A stretch of DNA of 64,000 nt from the NCBI GenBank assembly GCA_964234715.1, contig OZ174279.1; one strand, given 5' to 3'. The position numbers and the translations under genes were made by a program. This document shows positions 20,701 through 31,387 of this stretch, in pieces; position 1 is the first letter of the stretch, and each line of letters opens with the position of its first letter. The notes under the pieces are model-generated. The model did no database searches and had not been told where the DNA came from. It saw only the letters and a list, made by a program, of their open reading frames with translations. The DNA is from Podarcis melisellensis (Eukaryota).

Positions 20701-23700
20701 CTAAACCAGTAATTATTGAATTGCAAGAAAAAAACAGACCCCTAGTCTGTTATTGCACTATTTATACTCCCTCAACTATTGTGCTGAGCAAAAACAACTA
20801 CTAATAATAAAAATTAACCACAATGAGGGATAAATCCGTGCTTATAGTATCAGTCTTTGTGTTTACTGTGCATACAGCCCACCCACATTTTATGACTAGA
20901 AACTCATTTCTAAGGAACGACAGAACCAAAGCAAGAATTTGAAACAAATATTACAATTGGCAATATCTGGTCTTATTTTACTTGTGCATAATACAAAACT
21001 CAGCAGTACACCACACTCATGAAAATATACTTACCAGTTTCAGTTTTTTCTCTGTGCTCTCTGAGGCTTCTGCTTCTAAGAGTTCTCTTTCTAGTTTCTC
21101 TTCTGCTTTTTTCCACTGAAAATGTAAAAGGTTTTTTGTAAGAAAACACAAGATTCTGGTAGTATTAAGGTAATTACTTTGCAGTCGTTGGGTCAGTTCA
21201 GATGTAATGTCTCTGATCAGGAACGTGCCGCATGCTCCTTCCTTCTCTTGTGGACTATGAGTGGTCAGATAAGTTACTTCTTCCTGGTACAGGCAACCTA
21301 ATTGGCTTTTCATCAAATGCTTGCTCTCCAAACCAGAATTGCAAATTTGGATTGGAAACACAGGCCATGTTTGAAAAACTTCTAAACCATTGTTAGTTCC
21401 TAAAGAAGCTGGCTTGTTTAGCACCTAACCCATAGCTGTCAACTTTTCCCTTTTCTTGCGAGGAATCCTATTCGGAATAAGGAAATTTCCCTTAAAAAAA
21501 GGGAAATGTTGACAGCTATGATCTAACCTCCAATTTATACACAGTGCTAAGTAGAGACTGAGGAAAACACAACCAAAACCATTATCCCAGATATGTGGGA
21601 AAAAGTGAGGTGTGTGCACGAGCCCAATGCTTTGCTCTGTCTCATGGAGGTTTGCCCATGTAGCCCTAAACCATGATTTTGATTATATGTGAACTGACCA
21701 TGATGTTTAAAGCAACATGAGAAACAGGGGTGGGACTATTTTCAGCTGTACTAAAAGCCTCTCAGCAGCAAAAGCAGGATGGGATCACTTTAACAAAAAA
21801 TCTTCCCATACATAACCAGTAAGAAACAATCTGCAGAACTGTGTTTTGCAGTGTTCACATGGCCACAAAATGAAAGTCCTGAGACATGAACCCAAGAGCT
21901 AATTTAGGGGCAGCCAAGAATTTCAGCAAGCTCAGCTGAGATTTATTTACACTTTCTCTCAAACGGCAGTCGCTTCCTCACCAAATCATAATATAGTTTC
22001 AAAAGGAGGATGTCATGAGGAGGTGTTGTTTCAAAATCTCCTTGGACAATGGAACTCACTGGTTAGTTATTTGGATACAAGCCAGAAATTGTTCCATTTT
22101 CTAATGAAATTCAAATTATACGTGTACACTACAGGATAAGAAGTACCTTTCTTTGCATCCTTGACAGATTTTTCCGTTTCTCTTGATAAGACATGAACCT
22201 CTTCTTTGGCGTGATGTCTTCTGCATCTTTTTTCACTTCTACTTCCTTAATTCTTAGGTGAATTAGTGTCATTAGCACCTAAAGATAATCCAGTAACAAT
22301 TATTTCTCAAATTCATTAAAAGGACAGATCTTACAACACATAAAACTGCCTGAGACCATTTCTTTCTCTTTTATATACATGTGCATAGATGCCAGCCTTG
22401 CCAACAACTCATGAAGAATGGAAAGAGTAACGTTCGGGAGACAATTGGTGTGGTTTTTGTTTGTGATATGCCATAGTACTTCAACAAGGATAGTAAATAT
22501 TTAAAGTCCATTTTTAACTATTGCTCCACACTGGAGTGGAAGGAAGGAACTTACCTCAGGTCTAACATCATAATTCCTGCTTTTCACAAGGCCAGAAATC
22601 ACCTTCACCACACCAAGTGAGGCATAGCCAAGTTTATCCTGCTTGAAGAGGGTCTTTACTGCACCACAGCACATTTCAGAAATCTGGAAAGTTGGAAGTT
22701 TCGATTATCAGTGTTTATTCAACCAGCACTGCTTTCTGGATGAACAAATGTAAAATGTCATGAACAAAGATTTCTACCCTTCCAGAAAGTGAAATGACAT
22801 GCAATCTTTCAATATACTAGTAACCGCTGCTGTCATGACTATGGGGTATGCCTACCTGTTTTGAAGCATCGTTCATGAGTGGCACGATGAGCACAATAAT
22901 ATTATTGTGGAAGTTGAAGTGAGGCAGGGCCACCAACAGCTCACACAAGCACTTCACAGCAATCTCTGCAAGGCCTTTATATGCTTTTAGTGAAATCACA
23001 TTGCTTTTCTTCAGCTTCCTTTGCTTCCAATCTAAGTGAAATATTGCATAAAAGCCTGAGTATTTTGCCATCCCAGCTTCAGAAATTACTACTATTATTT
23101 CCAGGTGGGGGAAAAAAATATATTACTTGCATATTTCCTGCCACAATGACACATAGGGCTTAGAATGAAAACACACACACAATGCCATATCCTTTTTTTA
23201 AAAAAATACTAGGAAAAACACTTTCCTAGCCCTGCAACTCAGGATCAAGAGTTGAGATTCTAGGGTTTAAAACGGGGATCTTCTCCATGCTTTGTATTAG
23301 GGACACTACCAATAGCTGCTTATTTCCAACAACAAAACAATTTTAGCGCTCAACATTTAAGAGCATATCCTCATCCTCAGCTATACACCCTGCCTGCTGT
23401 ACCTTTCACAGATTGCTCCAGATTTTCTAAATAAAACTTGTACTGGCTGACAATGCCTTCTTCAAATTCTCTTAATTTCTGAGTTTCTTTTCTAACCTGT
23501 GGATAAACAAAGAAACAATGTAAAATATCTTGCCATAAATCTGTGTGACAACTGCAACACATTTTAAGTTTCAGAAGATGTCACCCTCTGCAGTATCTAT
23601 TTTGAAGTCTTTTCAAGAAGTATTTGGGAAAATTAGTTACCCAACAGTTTTGCGAGAAAGGTGTACTCTTCATTTTTGGTACCCCAAATGCCAACATTTC

Positions 23701-26700
23701 AACAACTAAGCTTAAAAACTGTGGGCTATTTTTAAGGAAAGAAATAATTTCATAGATAAAAACTCTTAATTTCTTCCTCCATAAATATAACAAGTTGGAT
23801 TACCCTCCCAACTTGACATTAAGCTACTCTGAAACATACTACAACCTCACCTTTGTGTTTTTCTCTTTCTCAGTTAAAGGTCTGATTTTGTAAGATGGAG
23901 TAATATCTTTGAAAAGCTCCATCAGAGAAATCATCACCAGCTTTCGCACAATCACGGCCACATTGGGATCCTGTTCCATTAACATCGCACGCAACTCTTT
24001 CAGCTTCTTTATCTGTTCAGGCAAGGATGACATAACCATGAAATATAATTGGCAACTACAGGTAAATCAGACAAAATTTATGCATATACTGTCATTGTAA
24101 TGTGAGGAGCAACAACTACATACACACAGAATTCAAGATCGCAACATATTCTAGATATTCATATGGTGCAAAATATTTCAGTAGCACTCTATCTTTATAC
24201 CATCAATTTCTGTGGTATCACCCATTTTTCAAAGGAAGCTTTAATGGATTTGTATCAGTGAGGAGGTGCTAGGTTTTCCCAAAACTGAGGTCATGCCCCC
24301 ACTGATTTTTGTTTTAGCTTGTGTGGTGGGGTTTTAGTTTAACCAAACAACTACACCTTCTGAGACTATATGAAAACTGCCAGATCACATCAAGTCTACT
24401 TCCCAATGTACCCTGGAAAGAATAAAAGACACAGTCTCACAATTGGCAAGGACCAGATTGTTTTCATCAGCAATCACAAAAGCAGTAATCACAGCGGCTA
24501 CATTTCAAATGGAAAATACCTGGAATCCACGGGCTCTTCCTGTCTCTCTAAGCCTTTCAGTTTGCAGTTTCACACTGCCAACTGTTTCACTTCAGGGTAT
24601 GAAAGCAGTTTTAATCTCCCCCCAGAGTTTTTTGTGTGTGTGTGTGTGTGACAAGTCAAATTTTTAAATTGAAGTACTGCCTGTGAAGCAGTTACAGAAC
24701 ATTGCTTTTAGGGAACAACTTCTCAAAAGGATGGCAAAAACGTTGAGAGGAAAAAATAAAAGCAAGGTTAATGGTATTCATTTAATTCCATGCATAAAAC
24801 TGTTTCAACAGCATCCAAGAAAAATACTGTAAAAGGAGCCTAAAGGAAAGGAAACTATCCCTTCCAATCCAGAAGGCAATCACACAAAATCTGTGAGATG
24901 AGAGCATGAACAACAGCACATAACCCGTGAGACCTCACTGTGCCAAGCCATTAAAAGCCAACATTTGTTTCCACACTAAATATGATGCATCTGAATCTTT
25001 GGCATGTAAAAACCATTCTCTTACTTTTTTATGGTATGGCCAGTTTCAACTCAACTGAAATGTTACTTACATTATTTTCTGGGTCAGACAAGATGGCAGA
25101 TGCTAAGGCAGCTATGTGCATCTTTTTCTCTTGTAGCTTCTTTTTCCTATGAACTAGCAGTTCTTCAGCAGTGAGAACAGGTAATGGTTCTTCAAGAGCT
25201 GGTGATAAAGAAAAACGCTGTTCATGTCTTAGAGCAGGCTTCCCTAACCTTGGCCCTCCAGATGTTTTGAGACTACAATTCCCATCATCCCTGACCAGTG
25301 GTCCTGATAGCTACGGATCATGGGAGTTGTAGGCCAAAAACATCTGGAGGGCCGAGGTTGAGGAAGCCTGTCTTAGAGCGTACGTGTGCATGTGTGTGCC
25401 TCCACACCAGAGCTAGAAAGGCTGAACATTTGAAATGGAGACTGGAAACTTCTGCTGGCATTCTCATCAGCCCCTGGTCAAACCTTTATTCAGGTAAACA
25501 GACCTTTTAGGAGTTGGTTGAGTTTTTCAGGGGGTGGCATTCAGTTGTATTCAGCCAAGACTTTCAAATAATAGTTTAGGTTTCCATTCTCCTTTGTGAG
25601 CTACCCTAGTCAGGTTTCTATTCAATTTAGGTTGACTCCGTAAACGCAACATCTGGAAACACTTTAAAAGCAATTCATTTCTTTGGCAGTATTATACTTA
25701 TTTTACTTGATCTATCCAGTAACTCAGCAATAAGGACAAACCACAAAATGTTCTCTGAACCAATGAAGTAATTTACACTAATATGCTTCAAGAACAGTAA
25801 CACCATTTGAACGTCCATTAATATTTAATCTGTACAAAATCTTTTTTTTAAAAAAAGTCTTAAATACCTTGTGCCTCTTCCATTTCTTCTATTTCATCCT
25901 TCTCTTCCTCTTCCTCTTCCTCTTTAACTACAAGAAAGAGCAAGCTCTTTAAAAATTCAGCATTGCGAATGATCCAGTTCTTAAATCAAACTGACAGCTT
26001 CCCTGGCAATCTTGATTGTGCCTCACCTGGCTTTTCCATGGTCTGTGGAATAATTCCACGTTTGTCTTTGATGGGAAGCAGATGAATAAGTTCTTTTTCA
26101 GGCTCAGTCTGCATGCGCCTTGGCTTCTTCTCATATTTCTCAATCACACTCTCATTCTTACGTTTCTTGGCATGAACAGGTTCACTATAAAGTGAAAGAC
26201 TTGTCAGGCTTTCATATGGATAACTTATAACTTACATTTAAAAATACTATTTTCACAAACAGAACTGCAAAGGAATGGTTACACTGAAAACACATACAAT
26301 TTTCTCTATGATGCCACTTAGACTTTTAAAAAAGATTAAACTGGTCAAACTATCTGCCATTGAAGGCTTTTCCAAATGGGGTTTACCAATGGGGACAAAT
26401 GAAATTGTCACTATCCAGACCCTTATTAAGTGCTTCCATTACATTACATTTTCTACAAACAGCTAGCCCAAGCTAATGCCAAGCAGAGATTCTTTTCACA
26501 GAAAGTATAACTACAGCAGGTGCTTAACTGTGGGGTTTGTGATTCCATTAATGTCACAGATGCCCTGAACTTTAAAGAGCAATGGAATTCTTCTGCAAAC
26601 TACCCATGCTATTGTGAATGTACCATCAAACTTCTGCCTTTGTCCCTTCCTCCCTTCCATATGGAATCTGTGAACTCATTCTCTGCAACACTTGACCACA

Positions 26701-29700
26701 TATTTCTGACTTCAAAACAAACAAACAAACAAACAAACAAACAAACAAACACCCTCACTCTTATTACACAGAAACGTTGATACTGCTTGGAATAGTAAAA
26801 CACTCAAGCAGAGAAGTGTTAGTCATGCAGGAAAAAGGCCTTTTGTATTAAAGGTCTGACACTGAGGGGCAAATTTAGATTCAACATATGGTGAATAAAC
26901 TCTCAACAAACAAATAGACAACAAAAGTGCTGCAATGTCCGCTATTCCCTACTTTGCAAACACCTACTTGGAAGAAATATCTCGTGTAATAAAAGATGCC
27001 CGTTGAGCAAGTTCCTCCATTAATTTCATATCATCTTCATCCATCATATCCAGAGGAAGAGCTTCCTCTTCTTCTTCTTCCCTTTCTGCCAAGGCAAATA
27101 AAATCAGAATAACTTCAGAGGCACTGAGGGAGATACACACTACAAAAGGCAGATGGAAATACCTTTTACTTTGATTTTCTTGAATGAGGGGCACAACTGC
27201 AGCACATTAGTTTAACGAGGGAGAATATAAAAGAACACTTGTGAGTAAACAGTTACCTTTGTACAGGGTGAGTCTTTTAAAAGAGGCTCTCTGGAACATG
27301 TGTACTGTACTCTGCATCTACGGGGCCTCTTTTAAAGGACTCACCCTGTATGTAGAATCCAACTGTATTTTTCTACCTGTATATTGCTCTCTGTAGAGCT
27401 CATGTGTGCCTGGTAAAATGTTGGTTTCTAATCATGGCTTCCAGGTAAACTATACTTCAGCTGTTCAGACAACCTGCAAGCTATGGTTTGCCTCAAACCT
27501 GGACCAGAGCCTGGGAGGGAATGGCCATGTTCAAGAGAGAGCATGATCTCAATGTTCACTCACAGAATGCCAAAGATTGATTTGGCATTAACCTTTGCTT
27601 TGAGATTTGGCATTACATCATTGCTTAGCTCCTGAGTGATCACTTAACAATGTGGGCTTAGCCATTTCAGTTCTGTATCATCAAGGACACTATCCACTGA
27701 AATACTACTTCACTCCACATAGCATTTCCACATTCCCAAAGCAACAATATTTTGCAGTTTGAATACTGGAAAAGTATTCAGTCACTGAAAGAGAAGCACT
27801 CCTTGAGTAAAGACATCTGGATTTCATACAATTAACTGAGCAACTCTCAATTATCATCATCATTTTTTATTTGTATACCGTCTTTCTATCTTAAAATACT
27901 CAAGGTGGTTTACAAGCTGAAGAAACAAAAAATGTACAACTTATAACAATCTAATGCAATACAAAAACGTAATAAAACAAAACTTTAAAATAAGCAACCT
28001 ACATCAAAAAGTAACATTCAACAATTATTAGAATTATACAAAATAATAATATCAACATATAAGTTAAACAGAAATCCACTCAACAGTTGCAATAAATAAT
28101 TTCTAAACTATAATCAATAAAACAATGGCAAGCCACAGTACATAAAATAATACAATACAACTTGAGAAGCAGAGACTAGAGGGTGGGGTAAGGCAGGTGG
28201 AAAGAGGCCTTGCCTGACGAAGTCTCTCCCCTCACTGTTCTTCCTCCAGGCACAGCTTCCTTATGAAGAATCCTAGGGCCAGGGGGTGGGGCAAGGCAGG
28301 TGGAAAGAGGCCTTGCCTGATGGAGTCTCTCTCCTCACTAAATTTTGTTGCACTAAAAATGGATTGCCTTGAAAAAAAACTATATGAAGACTATACTTAC
28401 CTCTAACCACTAATGTGATGACCCCAACTTTTAAACGGATAATTCAAAACATTACTCATAAGTGCTGTTATCTACCACAGGCCTTTTGAATTGGATGGAC
28501 TAGAAATTTGGGTAGAATTAAACGACTACTAGTCATAATACTTTGAAATGCCAAATACTGGAGGCTAAAAAACAACAACAACCCAGAGAAGAGCTAGTTC
28601 CCATCATGCTCTATTTGTAGGTTACCCAGAGGTACCCAGCTGTCCAGGTGGAAACAGAATTATGCACTAAATAAAAATATATACATTAAAGCACAATCCT
28701 ATACATGTGTATTAAAATTAAGTCCCAATGGATTGACTCCCAATGTAAGTTAGTATAGAATTCCAGCCTTCTTATGGCCCAAGCTTTCGTGGACTCAAGC
28801 CCATTTTTTTCAGATGCAATGGATGACCTGTTGTATCAGAATCCCTGTTACTTACATTTATTCTATGGGTAAGGCAGCTTCATTTTGAGAATCACTGCTC
28901 AAAAATATAATCAGTCCTTAGAATTAGTTATCAAAATCAAAACATTATGAGAAAATGCTCTAGTGGGGTGGGGAACACCGAAAGATGGTGCAACTGCTGT
29001 AGGCTGCATCCAGCCTATTAACTGCCAAAGTTTACTTCAATAACCTGTATTGCTCACATGCGAACTGCCTGATTTGACATATGCATAACATTTTACAATA
29101 TGAAAAGCTCTTCAATCACATGAAGGGTCACAGTCTAAAAGGGGACCTCATATTCTGTGCCATAGTGAAAATCTCTGGGTACCATAGAAGCCTATTACTA
29201 TTATGTCCACACCACACACACCAGTCTCACCTGGATGTTTTTTCTTGTTATCCTCCAAAGGCATTGGCTTCTTGGATACAGCATCTTTGACAGCTTGTCT
29301 GAGCTTTCTTTGTTCTTTTCGGTATTTCTTGGCAGTACTCTGCTGCTTAAACTGTTTGTTTTTTAACTTGTTGTCAAGTTTTATTTTACTTGTTTTCAAC
29401 AGCTTGCGGAAGCTGGGAACCCGTTTTTTGCTTTTTCTCTGGAGGCGATAAGGGCTGAGTTAGTTGACCTTACACATCTATCCACAATATTCCTAAGACC
29501 TTTTTAACTTAAGCCCTATAACATTTAAGCAGCAGCAGCAGCATAAATGACGGCGAAGGTTTTCAAAATGCTTGAGATGGAAATATTAAGCTAACATCAC
29601 ACGGGAAAGAAGAATTCGGATAGACAGAAGACACGCTAGTGGGAATGAGTTTGATTAAGGCGCAATATCTACTTTTAAGAACGCAATTGATTGATTTGGA

Positions 29701-30206
29701 TTAAGAGGAATATAGAAATAAAGGCTAGGGAACCCTCGAGTGAAAAGCCAAATTATGCAAGACGATTTGTAAATGGGGGAGGGGGGGAATAAATGCTATC
29801 ACTGAAAATTCCAGTTTCCAAATCACACGTGCACCCCAGAGGAGCCACTCTGCACACCAATAGGGTGCTGGACTACAACTCCCATCATTCCCTGCCAGCG
29901 TCAGCCAGCAGAGAGGGATGGCGGGAGTTGTAGTCCAACAACATGTGAGGTGGAGGGGGGGGGTTAACGTCGCTGTTAACGACGAGGCTGTTCCCGGCCG
30001 CGCTCCCTTCGCCAAGCCCACCTGAACGAGCCGTTCCCGCGGCGCCTCGCCATTTATCCCTCCGCTCCACCTCCTGCTGCCCAAGCGCCGACCAGCAACC
30101 CCGTCAGGGTATCCCGAGGCTTCCTCCCCCCACAGCCAAAACAGCCGACCGCCCCCCAAATCTCAACCCCCACCCCAGTTCTCCCTCCCTCTCTCACCGG
30201 CTTCAT
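14650..30206 (-). CDS. NOC3L: Nucleolar complex protein 3 homolog, complete (21 exons, 2391 nt, 796 aa)
   Basis: All 21 exons identified with GT-AG boundaries and a continuous frame from ATG (30206) to TAA (14650); peptide closely matches vertebrate NOC3L ([15 protein letters not shown] ... [13 protein letters not shown]). Confidence 0.98.
14881..14965 (-). CDS. NOC3L: NOC3L exon 20
   Basis: [15 protein letters not shown]. Confidence 0.94.
15866..16090 (-). mobile_element. Degenerate L2/CR1-group LINE 3' fragment
   Basis: Typical reptile L2 3' signature (aaggtcttcagcagg...gggagggagctc...ccaccacactgaaagcc), recognised by pattern only. Confidence 0.45.
16153..16250 (-). CDS. NOC3L: NOC3L exon 19
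   Basis: [14 protein letters not shown]. Confidence 0.95.
16828..16956 (-). CDS. NOC3L: NOC3L exon 18
   Basis: [10 protein letters not shown]...[14 protein letters not shown]. Confidence 0.95.
18442..18623 (-). CDS. NOC3L: NOC3L exon 17
   Basis: [30 protein letters not shown]. Confidence 0.95.
18937..19008 (-). CDS. NOC3L: NOC3L exon 16
   Basis: [16 protein letters not shown]. Confidence 0.95.
19106..19241. mobile_element. Palindromic hAT MITE (ACTACAA..TCCCATCA family)
   Basis: Near-perfect hairpin; TIR CAGTGTTTTTCAAAC / GTTTGAAAAACACTG. Confidence 0.85.
19570..19633 (-). CDS. NOC3L: NOC3L exon 15
   Basis: [16 protein letters not shown]. Confidence 0.95.
19709..19781 (-). CDS. NOC3L: NOC3L exon 14
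   Basis: [13 protein letters not shown]. Confidence 0.95.
20369..20469 (-). CDS. NOC3L: NOC3L exon 13
   Basis: [33 protein letters not shown]. Confidence 0.95.
21035..21115 (-). CDS. NOC3L: NOC3L exon 12
   Basis: [27 protein letters not shown]. Confidence 0.95.
22147..22278 (-). CDS. NOC3L: NOC3L exon 11
   Basis: [11 protein letters not shown]...LSRMQRK. Confidence 0.95.
22555..22683 (-). CDS. NOC3L: NOC3L exon 10
   Basis: ISEMCC...FKQDKLG...VRPE. Confidence 0.95.
22856..23031 (-). CDS. NOC3L: NOC3L exon 9
   Basis: [10 protein letters not shown]...[10 protein letters not shown]. Confidence 0.95.
23403..23496 (-). CDS. NOC3L: NOC3L exon 8
   Basis: [14 protein letters not shown]...LEQSVK. 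Confidence 0.95.
23851..24012 (-). CDS. NOC3L: NOC3L exon 7
   Basis: IKKLKELR...[16 protein letters not shown]. Confidence 0.95.
25071..25198 (-). CDS. NOC3L: NOC3L exon 6
   Basis: [24 protein letters not shown]. Confidence 0.93.
25235..25370. mobile_element. Palindromic hAT MITE (same family)
   Basis: TIR CAGGCTTCC / GGAAGCCTG; perfect 8-bp TSD TCTTAGAG (25227-25234, 25371-25378). Confidence 0.9.
25868..25927 (-). CDS. NOC3L: NOC3L exon 5 (acidic)
   Basis: tgtag|TTAAAGAG...CAAG|gtattt. Confidence 0.85.
26027..26184 (-). CDS. NOC3L: NOC3L exon 4
   Basis: EPVHAKKRK...[11 protein letters not shown]. Confidence 0.95.
26714..26750. repeat. (AAAC)n microsatellite
   Basis: About 9 tandem AAAC units. 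Confidence 0.9.
26968..27085 (-). CDS. NOC3L: NOC3L exon 3
   Basis: [19 protein letters not shown]...RDISS. Confidence 0.9.
27264..27348. mobile_element. 85-bp mariner-like MITE
   Basis: TIR CAGGGTGAGTCTTTTAAAAGAGG / CCTCTTTTAAAGGACTCACCCTG with TA flanks. Confidence 0.85.
28181..28339. repeat. 56-bp direct repeat pair
   Basis: 28181-28236 and 28284-28339, nearly identical. Confidence 0.85.
29231..29438 (-). CDS. NOC3L: NOC3L exon 2
   Basis: [18 protein letters not shown]...KKHP. Confidence 0.95.
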
Positions 30207-30480
30207 GGCAGCGGAAAGCAAGCAAGGCGAACACGCTCGGCTTCGGAGCAAACCAACACGCCTCAGCCACGCGAGGCGCCGGAAGTGGCTCTCTCTGGGC
30301 AGAGAGAGGCCGGAAAAGTCATCAGGTCAGGCGGCTCCTGATTCCCCACAGCGACCTCTGTCGGAGAGGAGAAGGAAGGCAAAAGGCATCTCTCCCTGCA
30401 AGCCCAGCGCGGGGCAGCGACGACTCTCACTTTCTCAGGGTTTTTTTATGAGCCCACAGGAGCGCTTTGGTGGGCGCACA
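29820..30480 (-). promoter_or_regulatory. NOC3L: NOC3L CpG-island promoter / exon 1 region
   Basis: CpG-dense block around the ATG; ETS/GABP CCGGAAGT at 30279-30286; E-box CACGTG at 29826-29831; paired ACTACAACTCCC motifs at 29870-29936. Confidence 0.8.
30198..30206 (-). CDS. NOC3L: NOC3L exon 1 (MKP)
   Basis: gccATGAAGCCG|gtgaga within the CpG island. Confidence 0.9.
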
Positions 30481-30616
30481 AAGGGGTGGGTTAGGCTGAA
30501 ATGGGGCTCGGTCCCAGAATATATAGTCGCAGAGGGGAGAAGAGACATAAAATGAGACCAGGAAGAGCTTTCTGGTTTTTTTTGCTCAATTCCCATGCGT
30601 GGACCATCGCTGGTTC

Positions 30617-30859
30617 CCTGGGTGTAGCGGGGGGGGGGGCAGCTTCACACACACACACTCCCCCAGCAAGTAAATAAATAAAAAATACTTAAGTAGAAAT
30701 TGTAGAAAGATTTGGATTTTTTCCTGGGGTCAAAAGAAATTTAGAACAACTGTTGTCAAGACATTTCATTCTGAATCTGCTAGACAAGAGCCAGACTGAG
30801 GGTGATGACAGGTGGGGTGCCTTGCCCCGCCCCCAACATAAATCCTGGCTACACCCATG
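30617..30859. mobile_element. Non-autonomous hAT element upstream of NOC3L
   Basis: TIR CCTGGGTGTAGC / GCTACACCCATG; TSD GCTGGTTC / ACTGGTTC. Confidence 0.8.
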
Positions 30860-31136
30860 ACTGGTTCCCCCACTTAATCAAAACGGCAACATGACTGAGG
30901 AAAGGTCGGCATCATCGAGATGTACCTGCCTCTCCCCACCCCCCATTCCGCCAAGGCTTTGGTTTTGTGGGGACAGGCTTTAGGATGCCTAAACAAAACA
31001 GAAAAAGGTTAGGAAGAGATGAGGTTTAATGCCTCCTACCCTATTCTCAAATCGTGGCGGGCTTCATTTTTGTGCCTCTTAAACAGAAACAGCTTCCCCC
31101 ACCTGCCAAGAAATGGGACGAGGAGACTAGCACCAA

Positions 31137-31387
31137 TAAAGGTAAAGGAACCCCTGACCATTAGGTCCAGTCGCGGACAACTCTGGGGTTGCGGCGCTCA
31201 TCTCGCTTTATTGGCTGAGGGAACCGGCTGGGTCATGTGGCCAGCATGACTAAGCCGCTTCTGGCGAACCAGAGCAGCGCACAGAAACACTGTTTACCTT
31301 CCCGCTGGAGCGGTACCTATTTATCTACTTGCACTTTGACATGCTTTCGAACTGCTGGGTTGGCAGGAGCTGAGACTGAGCAACGGG
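31137..31387 (-). mobile_element. Sauria SINE, 5'-truncated
   Basis: Reverse complement of the Sauria SINE body with an ACCTTT tail (taaaggtaaagg); similar to 37431-37792. Confidence 0.85.

Noticed and set aside
19106-25370. Palindromic repeats resembling CRISPR repeats or pre-miRNAs
   Set aside because: Dispersed, TIR/TSD-bounded MITEs in a vertebrate genome; no repeat-spacer array
27160-27185. Alternative microexon candidate just upstream of NOC3L exon 3 (AG|GTATTT)
   Set aside because: It would be 16 nt, breaking the frame, and the donor is weak
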